Origin: an uncultured delta proteobacterium
GTDB lineage: Bacteria > Desulfobacterota > Binatia > UBA9968
Direction: 5' to 3'
Length of the DNA stretch: 64,000 nucleotides
Assembly: GCA_963728565.1 (NCBI GenBank)
Contig: CAVSLC010000025.1
Coordinates: forward strand, 125,492-189,491
The notes under the pieces were generated by a model. That model was not told the origin of the DNA. It ran no database searches and worked only from the letters and a program-made list of their open reading frames with translations. Below, in pieces: positions 19,685-29,993 of this stretch. Both the position numbers and the translations under genes were made by a program. Position 1 is the stretch's first letter; each line of letters begins with the position of its first letter.

Positions 19685-21133
19685 ATGAAAATGCGCATCG
19701 ATGGCGGCGTCGTCGTCGGTTGGTCCGGCACCGGCCATGAAATCATTCCGGACGGTTCAGTAGTCATAGAGAACGATACGATTCGCTTCGTGGGGAAGGA
19801 TAAGTCTCAAGCCGTCGATAAAGTGATCGACGCCTCGGGAAAGATTGTTTCTCCGGGGTTCGTCAACCTTCACGTTCATTCGCAGTTGAATGTCGGCGAT
19901 TATTTACTCGGAGATGTGACCAGGAAGGATTATTTAACCGCCAACTGGTTTGTCTTCGGCGCTCCGTTGAAGGAAAAAATTACTCCGCCGCCGGCGCCGG
20001 CAGTGGCAATCGGCCGGAAATACGCGCTGTTTAGCGCCTTGAAGAATGGCGCGACCACGGTTCTCGATCCTGGCGGCGGGCCGGGCGCTTTGGACGAGTA
20101 CGTCGCCATCGTCGGCCAGCAGGGAGGACGGGTTTTTTTCAGCCCGCCGTACCGCAGCAGCGATATCTTTACCGATGCGCAAGGCCGTCTTTACTATGAG
20201 GAACGAGCAGATAAGGGGCGTCCCGGCCTCGAAAGAGCCGTTGCTTTTATCAAGCAATACCACGGCGCTCATAACGGCCGAGTTCAAGGAATACTAAATC
20301 CCGCGCAAGCCGAAACTTGCGAGCCTGCGCTGCTCGCAGAAACTGCCGCCGCCGCTAAAGAGCTCGACGTCCCGATTCACCTTCATGCCGGCGGCAACGC
20401 GCGCGAGTTTCTGCACATTCTGAATACCTACCGAAAGCCGGTGGTGGAATATCTCGCCGGGACAGGAATTCTCGGGCCGCGAACGACCCTCGGCCACATG
20501 GCGATCACCGGCGGCCATTCGCGCATCGATTACCCGCGCGGCGACGAATTGAAGCTGATCGCGGAGTCCGGCGCAACCGTCGGCCATTGCCCGCACAAAT
20601 GCGCCAAAATGGCTTTCGCGATGGAATCCTTCGACCAGTATCTCGACGCCGGCGTCAGGATCGGTCTTGGCACCGATACCTATCCGCTCGATATCATCGC
20701 CGAGATGCGTTACGCGTCGTTGATTTCGCGTCTGGTCGACCGCAACGCGTCCGGCGCGCGACCGGCCGATTGTTTCAACGCAGCGACGATTGGCGGCGCC
20801 GATGCTCTGGGCCGGAAAGATCTGGGCCGGCTTGCTGTCGGCGCCAAAGCCGACGTGGTCATTATCAATCTGCGCACCACCCGTTACGGGCCCTGGCGTG
20901 ATCCGATCAACGCGCTAGTCGAGTACGGCAGCGGCGCCGATGTTGAAACGGTAATTGTCGATGGTGAAATCGTCATCGACAACGGCCGGTCGACGCGCAT
21001 CGACGAAGATGAGCTATTTGCTCAAGCAAACGCAGGCGCGCAGCGCGCGTGGGACGGCTGGGCAACTCGTGACTGGAACGGCAGGAGCACTGAAGACATC
21101 GTGCCCGCCGCTTTCCCGATCAGGCGTCAGTGA
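19685..21133 (+). CDS. metal-dependent amidohydrolase (Amidohydro_1; chlorohydrolase/deaminase-like)
   Basis: PGFVNLHVH, IHLH, LGHM, GLGTD, GRLAVGAKAD, VETVIVDG. Confidence 0.9.
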   Translation: MKMRIDGGVVVGWSGTGHEIIPDGSVVIENDTIRFVGKDKSQAVDKVIDASGKIVSPGFVNLHVHSQLNVGDYLLGDVTRKDYLTANWFVFGAPLKEKITPPPAPAVAIGRKYALFSALKNGATTVLDPGGGPGALDEYVAIVGQQGGRVFFSPPYRSSDIFTDAQGRLYYEERADKGRPGLERAVAFIKQYHGAHNGRVQGILNPAQAETCEPALLAETAAAAKELDVPIHLHAGGNAREFLHILNTYRKPVVEYLAGTGILGPRTTLGHMAITGGHSRIDYPRGDELKLIAESGATVGHCPHKCAKMAFAMESFDQYLDAGVRIGLGTDTYPLDIIAEMRYASLISRLVDRNASGARPADCFNAATIGGADALGRKDLGRLAVGAKADVVIINLRTTRYGPWRDPINALVEYGSGADVETVIVDGEIVIDNGRSTRIDEDELFAQANAGAQRAWDGWATRDWNGRSTEDIVPAAFPIRRQ

Positions 21134-21347
21134 TCGTGCCTCTGGCAGGCTGCTGAATTACGTTGCTGTCGGGGCTATCGAAGTTTTCTCGATGCGTAGT
21201 CTATAGATAGGCAGTCCGGCGGCGTGCCACCGTGTTTAGGAGAACGGTTAGGGATCGCCTCTTGGCAATGCTTTTAATCCGTTGCGCTGGAAAATTCTAA
21301 ACGCCGATTTCCTTGATCCGGTGCAGCTGTCGCCTGGTTCCAAGAAC

Positions 21348-21758
21348 TCAGCGACCCGTACCGCCGACAGTGACTGTCATAGCGGCAGCGTCGTTGTGGC
21401 CGCCGACCATAATGATGACGGTTCTGTTGTCTTTGGCGTAGGTCAGCATGCCCCCTTTGGATACCACGCCGGCGTTGGGCTGCCAACCACGTAACGGCAT
21501 CTCCTTTTCATAAAACTCAATCACCTTCCCGGGTTCCAGTTGACCGCGAAATGAACTTTGACCGCCACCAAAACCGAGCAGGGCAACTTCAACCCCCGCT
21601 CCATCGGATTTCTTCATCCCGCGCGGAATCGGTATCTCCACACCGCCGATTTTTTCGTCATAGGATTTATTGCAGCCGGCAAAAATCGCAATCATCGCCA
21701 GCAGGAAAAGCATTTGAGAACGAGCTGTCATAGCACGGCGCGGCAGTCTAACTAGCAT
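21348..21758 (-). CDS. hypothetical lipoprotein
   Basis: GGAGG RBS before ATG 21758; lipobox-like IFAG/C; FYEKEMP.RGW motif typical of small periplasmic proteins. Confidence 0.65.
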   Translation of the reverse strand: MLVRLPRRAMTARSQMLFLLAMIAIFAGCNKSYDEKIGGVEIPIPRGMKKSDGAGVEVALLGFGGGQSSFRGQLEPGKVIEFYEKEMPLRGWQPNAGVVSKGGMLTYAKDNRTVIIMVGGHNDAAAMTVTVGGTGR

Positions 21759-21858
21759 TTCGCATCCTCCACTATTTATACCAACGGCACTGTCCGGGGC
21801 AACGCGGATCACAGAGACAGGTAAGCGAGGATCTAAATCGATGAGAGCAACGGCTCTA

Positions 21859-23034
21859 TCAAGAAGCATTCTCCGGGGCGGTGGGTAGGCCGGAGAAATA
21901 CCACAGGACCAAGAGCATCACACCGAGAAATTCCGGCAGCGACGGATAGATATGGATCAGCACCCCGCCGAGCATGCCGCCGAGCGATGAGCCGACGAAG
22001 CCAAAGAAGGTATAAACACCGGTGGCTGTGCCGCGGCCCGCCTGGGGAATTCGCTTGGTCAGAAATGTCGGCAGCAGCGGTTGAAATAAGCTGTAACCGA
22101 AAAAGAAAGCTGCGCCGCCGACATACAACAGCAAATCCGACTGAGCGCCGACCAAATACACGGCATAGCCTGTCATTGCGGTTAGCCAGCCGATCATGAT
22201 TGGCATGCGAAAACGGCCCAGTCTTTCGGCGCGGCGCATATAAGGGAACACCAATAATGCGCTCGGTAAAAAGATAATCAGATATACTTTCCAAAGCTCG
22301 GCGCGATCGAGTCCTATGTCCGCCCAGCTCAGCGGATAAGTGAAAAAGAAAAGGTTTAGGGTGAAAGAAAGAACAAAGGCGGCGATAAAAATCGGCCGCA
22401 GCTCGCGGTGCATCAGGATCGGTCTAAAAGCCATCGCTGGCTGTTTGTCGACGGATCGATTTTCTTTAGGAAAGGAGATCGCCGCTAGGACCATTGCCGA
22501 AAAAGCGAGCGCGGCCAAAACATAGAACAAGCCGCTGAGACCGATGCTTGCCGCCAACAGCGGTCCGCCCAATATGCCGATCATGAAGGCCGAGCCAATG
22601 GCAATTCCGGTAACGGTAAATGCCTGCGTGCGAACCGCCGGCCTGGTAAGATCAGCCAGCGCTGCCAGCGCTACCGAGCCGATGGCGCCGGTGCCTTGAA
22701 TCACTCGCGCCAGGATGAGCTGGAAAATATTCTGCGCCAAGCCGCAACCGATGCTGCCCACTCCGAACAGCGCCAGGCCGATGAGCAGTATTGGCTTGCG
22801 GCCCCAGCGATCGCTGGCCCATCCCAGCGGGATTTGCAAGATGCTCTGAGTCAGAGCGTAGGCGCCGAAGGCAACGCCGGCCATGGCAAGGCTGGCTTCG
22901 GGGTAATGAACAGCATAGACGCTGAAGACGGGGAGAATCAGAAAGATGCCGAGTAAACGCAATGCGGATATCAGACTGACGACAATCACCGGGCCAATTT
23001 CAGCGCGGGTAAAAGAATGGTGATTGTCAGTCAA
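21859..23034 (-). CDS. MFS transporter (YajR-like)
   Basis: About 12 TM segments; GWASDRWGRK motif A; LRLLGIFLILPV N-terminus. Confidence 0.9.
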   Translation of the reverse strand: MTDNHHSFTRAEIGPVIVVSLISALRLLGIFLILPVFSVYAVHYPEASLAMAGVAFGAYALTQSILQIPLGWASDRWGRKPILLIGLALFGVGSIGCGLAQNIFQLILARVIQGTGAIGSVALAALADLTRPAVRTQAFTVTGIAIGSAFMIGILGGPLLAASIGLSGLFYVLAALAFSAMVLAAISFPKENRSVDKQPAMAFRPILMHRELRPIFIAAFVLSFTLNLFFFTYPLSWADIGLDRAELWKVYLIIFLPSALLVFPYMRRAERLGRFRMPIMIGWLTAMTGYAVYLVGAQSDLLLYVGGAAFFFGYSLFQPLLPTFLTKRIPQAGRGTATGVYTFFGFVGSSLGGMLGGVLIHIYPSLPEFLGVMLLVLWYFSGLPTAPENAS

Positions 23035-23151
23035 AGGAATTGCGCGAGCTCCAAGATCCCGGTCTAAAAAAATAATCAGACCAATTTACACGCTTTGCCG
23101 AAAATGGGAAGGCTCGCCAGCATCATCATTGAATCTTGATCTGCCGACCTT

Positions 23152-24069
23152 TTAATTCCCTTCCGACGGTTTGCCGGTCGGGGGCACGGCCGCTTTGGCC
23201 TCCCCCACGAGGAGCGTTCTCTGCGGAAATGGAAATTCGATGTTTTCGGCTTCGAAGGCTTTTTTCAGCCGGCGACGGTACTCGCGACCGACCATCCACT
23301 GCCTAATCGGCAGTGTCTTTAGCCGCGCCTTGATGATGACCGCTGAATCCGTGAACGCATCCACACCGATGATCTCAATCGGCTCGAGCATCGCCGAACC
23401 GTATTGCGGATCGGACTGCAACTCACCGGCGACTCGACGCATCACTTCGACGACGCGATCGGTATCCTCCCTGTAAGCGACGCCGACATCGATGACATAC
23501 GCCGACCAGTCCTTGGTCATGTTGGACAGCGTGTTGATCGAGCCGTTTGGAAAGACGTGAACTACGGCGGCCTGGTCGCGCAGCACAATGGTGCGGAAGG
23601 TGATGGCCTCGACCAGACCGCCGGTGCCATTGATGATCGCGACATCGCCGACGCGGATCTGATTTTCCAGGATCAAAAAGAACCCGCTGACGAAATCCTT
23701 CACCAGATTTTGCGCCCCGAATCCCACCGCAAGTCCGACCACTCCAGCGCTGGCGAGAATCGGCGTGACGTTCACCCCCACTTGTCCGAGGATTGTCAAA
23801 ACCGCCGTGAACCAGACGAGACCCGCAACGATCGTCCAGAGCACGCTCATCAAGGTCCGGATGCGCATCGCCGACGCTCCCGGCACCGATTCCGAGGCCT
23901 CGCGCGCCCGCACAAGGATCACTTCCAACCGGTTAAGTCCCAGGCGGAGAAACTTGATCGCGAGCAAAGCCACTACGACGATCAAGAGAACCCGAAATAA
24001 CGACTGCGCGAAATTGATGCTGAAGTCGATCAGCTTCGGCAGATAGGCTTCGAACGAGATTCCAAACAT
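23152..24069 (-). CDS. small-conductance mechanosensitive channel (MscS/YbiO-like)
   Basis: ILASAGVVGLAVGFGAQNLVKDFVSGFFLILENQIRVGD; IEFPFPQR. Confidence 0.92.
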   Translation of the reverse strand: MFGISFEAYLPKLIDFSINFAQSLFRVLLIVVVALLAIKFLRLGLNRLEVILVRAREASESVPGASAMRIRTLMSVLWTIVAGLVWFTAVLTILGQVGVNVTPILASAGVVGLAVGFGAQNLVKDFVSGFFLILENQIRVGDVAIINGTGGLVEAITFRTIVLRDQAAVVHVFPNGSINTLSNMTKDWSAYVIDVGVAYREDTDRVVEVMRRVAGELQSDPQYGSAMLEPIEIIGVDAFTDSAVIIKARLKTLPIRQWMVGREYRRRLKKAFEAENIEFPFPQRTLLVGEAKAAVPPTGKPSEGN

Positions 24070-24122
24070 TCTCTATCCTCCTCGACGCGGGTCTTAAGAC
24101 CATTTCCGACTTTTGAGTATTG

Positions 24123-24902
24123 TTATGGCTGGGAGAGCAAGGTGCGTACTTGCCGTAGCCACGGATCGGCTTCGATCAATTTGAGGAAGTTTGCCTGAAT
24201 GATCCGGGACATTGATTCCGGCGTAGAGGCTCTGATCCGGGCCAGCTGGTCGACCACTTTTTTAATCTCCGACGGCATACCGACTATGCCTTTCAGCCAC
24301 TTTAAACCGCCCGGATTATCGGTTTCGGTGAGAAGCAGACGATCGGGAATCTCCCGCGCGATTGCCTGAATCGTCTCTGAATAAAGGACCTCGACGCCGA
24401 CGGTAAAGTAAGCGCCGAATTCGACCAGGGCGCGAAGGATATCCAGAGGGCCCGAGTACCAATGAATAATCGGCCGCGCTACGTCGTAACGCTCCAACAG
24501 CCCGAGAATAGGTTTCTCGCCGCCCTTGGTGTGCAGGTTGACGATTTTTTTCTGTTCGCGGGCGGCAGCGAAAAAATATTCCAGGACTTTCAATTGAGCC
24601 GGATACTCGGAGCTATTCTTGACCCAGTGGAAGTCCAGACCGATTTCGCCGATGGCGGGACTCATCTCGATATACTGGCCGAGCTCGCGCAGCCGATCGA
24701 CATATTGCGGAGCGCGTCGAGGATGAATTCCGAAGGTCGGCAGCACCAGCGCTGAGCGCCGCGCGATTTCCTGAAGGTCCTGATAGGACGGAACATCCAT
24801 CGCCGTGGCGATGGTAAAAATATTTTCCCGTTCGATTTCTCTCAAGGCATCGCCAAGTAAATCGCCGTATCTGTCCAAATGAACATGAGCATCGATCAAC
24901 AT
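24123..24902 (-). CDS. TatD family hydrolase
   Basis: LIDAHVHL, GIHP, IGEIGLD, IIHWYSG, LLTETDNP. Confidence 0.9.
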   Translation of the reverse strand: MLIDAHVHLDRYGDLLGDALREIERENIFTIATAMDVPSYQDLQEIARRSALVLPTFGIHPRRAPQYVDRLRELGQYIEMSPAIGEIGLDFHWVKNSSEYPAQLKVLEYFFAAAREQKKIVNLHTKGGEKPILGLLERYDVARPIIHWYSGPLDILRALVEFGAYFTVGVEVLYSETIQAIAREIPDRLLLTETDNPGGLKWLKGIVGMPSEIKKVVDQLARIRASTPESMSRIIQANFLKLIEADPWLRQVRTLLSQP

Positions 24903-24909
24903 AAAAAGA

Positions 24910-26079
24910 TCAACTCCGCTTCCAGTAAATCCATAATCCGATGAGCGCCACCACGGCGGTCGCCGCATACATGAGGGAAAAATTCTGATCGACTAAATCG
25001 AGAAACGCTCCGAGTGTCAACGAGCCTAGGCCAATGCCGAGATCGTAGAAGCACTGATATTGCGCCATGGATTGGCCGCGGCGCTGCGGCGATGTCTGAT
25101 CCACCGCCACCGTCATGAGCGCCGGCTGGGCTGCGCCGGTGCCGAAACCGCCGACCACTGCCGCCGCCATGAGCCATGCAGGTGAAGAGGCCAGCGCCAG
25201 AATGCCGATCCCGAGCAGGTTTAGAATCAATCCAGGAATAATGACGGCGCGCCGGCTGATCCGGTCTGAAAGCGGTCCGGCCACTGGCCGGCTCAACAGC
25301 AGGCAAAGTGCATAGAGGCCGAACCAAAGTCCGGGATTTTCAAGGCCGAGTTTCAGTGCATGAATAGGTAGAAAGGTGAGGATGCCGCCATGGCCGAACG
25401 ATAGAAAGGCGACGGCTACCGCGGGCAGAAGGGTTTCGGGAATCACCAGCAGGTCAATCCATCTTTGACGGTGATCGTTTCGCGGGCCGTGCTCCGGCTC
25501 CTTAACGAACGCAGCGAGAATCAGGCTGACAAACAACAGCGCGGCCGCACCGAAAAACACTCCGGAGAAGTCGAAGCGCTGCAACAACGCGAACCCCGCC
25601 ACCGGGCCGATGGCTCCGCCCAGACTGCTTGCCATGGCGGCATAACCGATCAACTCGCCGCGCCGCTTCTGCGGCGCGATATCGGCTGCCAATGTCGCCA
25701 CGGCAGTCGTGCAGCCGGACCAGCCAACACCGTGAAGCATGCGAAACGGCAGCATCAGAAGAATGCTCGGGGCCCATAGATAGCCGAAGTTGCCAACGGC
25801 GAAGAGGACGACGCCGGCGATGAGAAACGGCTTCCTGCCGATTCTGTCGATGAACAGTCCCACCGGTATTCGCGTAGCGGTGGCGGTGATGGTGAAAACC
25901 GCCATGACAGCACCGATCACTGTGGAAGAAGCGCCGAAGCTGACAAGATACAGCGGCAGGATCGGGCGAGTGAGATGATGCGCGAGAAAAAAGCTAAATC
26001 GGTTTATCCAGGTGAAGAAGAAATCTCTTATCCAAATTTCCCAAGGTGTTTGCTCCTGCTCTGGCACAGTTGCCGCCAT
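24910..26079 (-). CDS. MFS transporter
   Basis: Multiple TM segments; GLFIDRIGRK and GPLSDRISRR motifs. Confidence 0.9.
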   Translation of the reverse strand: MAATVPEQEQTPWEIWIRDFFFTWINRFSFFLAHHLTRPILPLYLVSFGASSTVIGAVMAVFTITATATRIPVGLFIDRIGRKPFLIAGVVLFAVGNFGYLWAPSILLMLPFRMLHGVGWSGCTTAVATLAADIAPQKRRGELIGYAAMASSLGGAIGPVAGFALLQRFDFSGVFFGAAALLFVSLILAAFVKEPEHGPRNDHRQRWIDLLVIPETLLPAVAVAFLSFGHGGILTFLPIHALKLGLENPGLWFGLYALCLLLSRPVAGPLSDRISRRAVIIPGLILNLLGIGILALASSPAWLMAAAVVGGFGTGAAQPALMTVAVDQTSPQRRGQSMAQYQCFYDLGIGLGSLTLGAFLDLVDQNFSLMYAATAVVALIGLWIYWKRS

Positions 26080-26348
26080 TCAGTTGAAAAGCTCATCATT
26101 GGGCAGGGCTGAATCAAAGTCAATCTGCTGTTGCAGGATGGGATCATTTCGGATTATGTAATTGCCGTTGGCGAACGGAAACAGTCGTCTCAGGACGAGG
26201 ATTTGCTCGCGAAGTCGCTCCAGTTCCGAGTGTTGCTTTCTTGCTTAGCGCCTTTGCGGGGATAATCCGGCATGGAGTTCCGGACTGTGCCACGTGGATT
26301 GATCATCGGTAAACAACGAGTCAAATTTTCTGCCTTTGGAGGACTTTG

Positions 26349-27311
26349 ATGTTTATTAGTCGGCGACATTTTCTCAGCAAAATCGTTATCGGCGTGGCGG
26401 CAGCGCCTTGGCTCGGCAATTTCAGCTGGGCGCAGACTAAAGGCAAGCTCGGTTACATGAAAATCGTCGATGTCGCGGCGATGTTCATGGCGATGGAGAA
26501 AGGATTTTTCAAGTCAGAAGGTTTGGAGCTCGAGACGGTGCCCATGGCCGGCGGTGCGGTGATCGTGCAAGGTGTTACCTCCGGCGATTTGCAGATCGGC
26601 TGGACCAACGTTATTTCGCTTTATCAAGCCTATGTGGAGGGATTCGATTTCAAGCTTGTGGCGCCTGGCGCAAGCAACGGCCGCGGCAAAAATGAGAGTC
26701 ATGCCATTCTTGTGACTAAAGCGTCGCCGATTAAAAGCGCCAAAGATCTGGAGGGGAAAACCGTCGCCGTCAATACGCTTAACAATATCGTTCATCTGAT
26801 GGCAATGGCTTGGATCGACAAGAACGGCGGCGCTTCGCATAAGGTTAAATTCGTCGAGGTGCCGTTTCCGCAAATGGAAGCGGCATTGATTGGCGGCAAA
26901 CTCGACGCCGTCAGCATTCATGAGCCGTTTGCCACCGCCGCCATGGAAAAGGGCACGGCCCGAGTTCTCGCCCATCCCTGGGGCGACGTGCTCGCGCGGT
27001 TTCACATTGCCGGCTGGTTCGCTTCCGAGAAGTGGATACAGAAAAACAAGCCAATGACTCAGTCTTTCATCCGAGCCATCGCTCGCGGGGCCGAGGCCAT
27101 TGAGGCCGATCCCGAAGCCAGCCGCGCTGCGATGATAAAATGGGCCGGATTGAATCCCGGTCTCGCCGACAAGATCGGCTTGCCCATTTTCGATAAATCG
27201 TTATCGGAAAAAGATCTCCAGTCGACCATCGATCTGACCCATAAATATAAATTGATTTCCCGCGCCCTCAAAGCACGGGAAGTCATCAGCGATGTGGCGC
27301 CTAAAGGTTAA
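26349..27311 (+). CDS. ABC substrate-binding protein (SsuA/TauA/NMT1-like), Tat signal
   Basis: SRRHFL twin-arginine motif; KGFFKSEGL, DLEGKTVAVN. Confidence 0.9.
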   Translation: MFISRRHFLSKIVIGVAAAPWLGNFSWAQTKGKLGYMKIVDVAAMFMAMEKGFFKSEGLELETVPMAGGAVIVQGVTSGDLQIGWTNVISLYQAYVEGFDFKLVAPGASNGRGKNESHAILVTKASPIKSAKDLEGKTVAVNTLNNIVHLMAMAWIDKNGGASHKVKFVEVPFPQMEAALIGGKLDAVSIHEPFATAAMEKGTARVLAHPWGDVLARFHIAGWFASEKWIQKNKPMTQSFIRAIARGAEAIEADPEASRAAMIKWAGLNPGLADKIGLPIFDKSLSEKDLQSTIDLTHKYKLISRALKAREVISDVAPKG

Positions 27312-27501
27312 AAGATTCGCAGGAAAACGGCCCGGCCGCCCGTGACACTTTCTCTGCTGCGGGAGGGAACCTGCCATCGCGTCACTAATGAAAATTGACG
27401 ATTTACCGAACACCGAACACGTCGATGCCGTGGTCGGTCTTCCGATGATTGTTGGTTCCGCGTTCTGCTATCAGCTTGATGGTTAGCTGTCACTGGCTTT
27501 C

Positions 27502-28281
27502 ATGCCTCTTGTAGAGATCCAGAACCTTGCCAAGGCCTATCGGCAGATGGGTGGCGAGACCACCGTGGCCATCGGAGAGATCTCATGCGAGATCGAGACC
27601 GGCGAATTTGTCAGCTTCGTCGGGCCCTCGGGTTGCGGCAAAACCACTTTGTTGATGTCGATTGCGGGACTGATCGCTCCCAGCGCCGGACAAGTTGTTA
27701 TACACGGAAAAGAGGTGAGTGGGCCACCTCCGAACCTGGTCTTGGTTTTCCAAGATTTCAATAAATCTCTGTTCGCGTGGCGCTCCGTGCTTGGAAACGT
27801 TCGCTTCGGTTTAGAGGCGCGGGGAAATCATTCGCGCCAAGGCGACGGCAAAGCTCGTTCGCTGATCGATCTTGTCGGCCTCAAAGGTTTCGAAAATCAT
27901 TACCCCTGGGAGCTTTCGGGCGGAATGCAGCAGCGGGTCGCCATTGCCCGCGCGCTTGCTTACGAGCCCGAAGTTTTGCTTATGGACGAGCCCTTTGGCT
28001 CTCTTGACGCGCTGACCCGGCTGGAGTTGGAGGATACGCTTCTACGGCTTTGGGAGGAGTTGGGCACGACGATCTTGTTTATCACGCATGACATCGAAGA
28101 GGCCATCTACCTTTCGGACCGAATTTTGTTGCTCAGCCAACGGCCATCGCGGATTATCGAGGAACTGCCGATAGATTTTTCCAGGCCGCGCAATCAAATG
28201 TTAACCCGGGCACAACCGGGCTTTATGGAAATCAGAAATCGTATTTACCAACGTATCCACAACGAAAGCGCGTTGTCGTGA
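27502..28281 (+). CDS. ABC transporter ATP-binding protein (TauB/SsuB-like)
   Basis: GPSGCGKTT Walker A, LSGGMQQR signature, LLMDEPF Walker B, ITHD. Confidence 0.95.
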   Translation: MPLVEIQNLAKAYRQMGGETTVAIGEISCEIETGEFVSFVGPSGCGKTTLLMSIAGLIAPSAGQVVIHGKEVSGPPPNLVLVFQDFNKSLFAWRSVLGNVRFGLEARGNHSRQGDGKARSLIDLVGLKGFENHYPWELSGGMQQRVAIARALAYEPEVLLMDEPFGSLDALTRLELEDTLLRLWEELGTTILFITHDIEEAIYLSDRILLLSQRPSRIIEELPIDFSRPRNQMLTRAQPGFMEIRNRIYQRIHNESALS

Positions 28282-29057
28282 ACGGTGGCAGAGCTTTTAA
28301 TTGGCCGGGGTGGATCGTTTTTGCGCTTGTTTTGCTCATCTGGGAGTTCGGCTCCCGCCACAATCCGGCGCTGCAACCCTACCTTCCCCCCGTGAGTCGC
28401 ATTTTCACCAGCTTGGGCGAGCTAATATTCTCCGGCCGGATTCTCAGTCATCTGATGATCACGCTGAGCCGCTTTCTGCAGAGTTATTTGCTTGCCGCTT
28501 CGATAGCGGTGATCCTGGGAACGGTGCTGGGATATTTCCGTTTGGCGCACAGCCTGTTCGAGGCGGTGATCGAATTCTTGCGCCCCATGCCTTCCGTGGC
28601 GATCATTCCCGTGGCGGTTTTATTGCTCGGCATCAGCGACGCGATGATTATTGCGGTCACGGTTTACGCCAGCCTCTGGCCGGTGCTGATCAATACCATC
28701 GATGGGGTCCGGCACCTTGAGCGGACGTTGATCGATACCGGCAGAACCTTTGGTCTCAATCGGCGAAGAATTCTTTGGCTGGTCGTCCTGCCGGCGGCAG
28801 CGCCCTACATTATCACCGGTCTGCGCATCAGTCTGTCGATTGCCTTGATCCTGGTCACGACTGCCGAGATGATTGCCGGCAGCAAAGGGCTGGGCTTTTT
28901 CATCCTTGACGAAGAGCGCTCCATGAACAGCGGCAACATGTACGCTGGTGTGATTCTAGTATCAGCCCTGGGATATCTGCTCAACCGATTGTTTGTCCTT
29001 GGCGAAGGCCGGGCGATGAATTGGCGCCGCGGCATGCTTGCCCGAGAGGCCCTCTGA
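28278..29057 (+). CDS. ABC transporter permease (TauC/SsuC-like)
   Basis: LRPMP, EAA-like loop (IDTGRTFG), AEMIAGSKGLG. Confidence 0.93.
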   Translation: MNGGRAFNWPGWIVFALVLLIWEFGSRHNPALQPYLPPVSRIFTSLGELIFSGRILSHLMITLSRFLQSYLLAASIAVILGTVLGYFRLAHSLFEAVIEFLRPMPSVAIIPVAVLLLGISDAMIIAVTVYASLWPVLINTIDGVRHLERTLIDTGRTFGLNRRRILWLVVLPAAAPYIITGLRISLSIALILVTTAEMIAGSKGLGFFILDEERSMNSGNMYAGVILVSALGYLLNRLFVLGEGRAMNWRRGMLAREAL

Positions 29058-29060
29058 CAG

Positions 29061-29834
29061 ATGCGCGAATCCAAACTTAACGGCTTGCTGTTCTTTCTCG
29101 GCCTGCTGATCGTTTGGGAATTGCTTGCGCAAGGCGGATTGATCAATCCCTTGATCGTGCCGCCGCTGAGCAGGATTTTTCGAGTTTTCTCCGATTTAGT
29201 CTGGTCGGGTCAGATTCCGCTACAAGTCGCGGCCAGCATGAAACGAGCGGCGGCAGGGTATGTTATGGCGGCTCTGGTGTTTATCCCCCTGGGAATTCTG
29301 ATGGGTCTCTCGCAGACTGTTTATCGCCTTTTTGAAGTCATCGTCGAGATGCTCCGCCCTGTGCCGCCGCCGGTGATGATTCCGGTGGCGATGCTGTTCT
29401 TCGGCTTGGAAGACGAGATGAAGATTTTTGTCATCTTCTTTTCCTGCGCCTGGCCGATTCTGCTCAATACTCTGGATGGCGCGCGTAATGTCGATCGAGT
29501 GCTGTTGAACACGGCGCGTACGTTTGGATTATCGCAGTGGAGGATCATCTGGAATGTTATCCTGCCGGCAGCCTCGCCGCAGATTGTTACAGGATTGAAG
29601 GTCAGCCTGCCGATCACCCTCATCCTGGTGGTCATCTCTGAGATGGTCGGGAGCACCGACGGGATCGGCTACTTTATTCTCGATTCACAGCGCCGATTTA
29701 GAGTAGCGCAGATGTATGCCGGTATGCTTACCCTGGCGATTCTCGGTTACACGCTCAATCAACTCTTCAATCTGCTCTACAAGCTAGTCATGCCGTGGCA
29801 CGTGGGATTGATGCGGATGAAGGAGGGCGGATGA
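29061..29834 (+). CDS. ABC transporter permease (TauC/SsuC-like)
   Basis: LRPVPP, NTARTFG, SEMVGSTDGIG. Confidence 0.93.
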   Translation: MRESKLNGLLFFLGLLIVWELLAQGGLINPLIVPPLSRIFRVFSDLVWSGQIPLQVAASMKRAAAGYVMAALVFIPLGILMGLSQTVYRLFEVIVEMLRPVPPPVMIPVAMLFFGLEDEMKIFVIFFSCAWPILLNTLDGARNVDRVLLNTARTFGLSQWRIIWNVILPAASPQIVTGLKVSLPITLILVVISEMVGSTDGIGYFILDSQRRFRVAQMYAGMLTLAILGYTLNQLFNLLYKLVMPWHVGLMRMKEGG

Positions 29835-29993
29835 GATCCGGGTACTCGGTGTTGGTTTTGGTTAAGAGAAATCAGCGACGCAATTCTGTCGAGCTTTTGT
29901 CCGCGGCGTTGCGCTGGCAAGCCTGCGGTTTAAAGTGGAGCGTTCGGTATCCGACCCCGACACCCAATCCCCAACACCACCACCCCAGTCCGC

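Noticed and set aside
29839-29990. G/T-rich and C/A-rich tracts (CCGACCCCGACACCCAATCCCCAACACC) between convergent genes
   Set aside because: Looks like a degenerate low-complexity palindrome or terminator region; too irregular to call.
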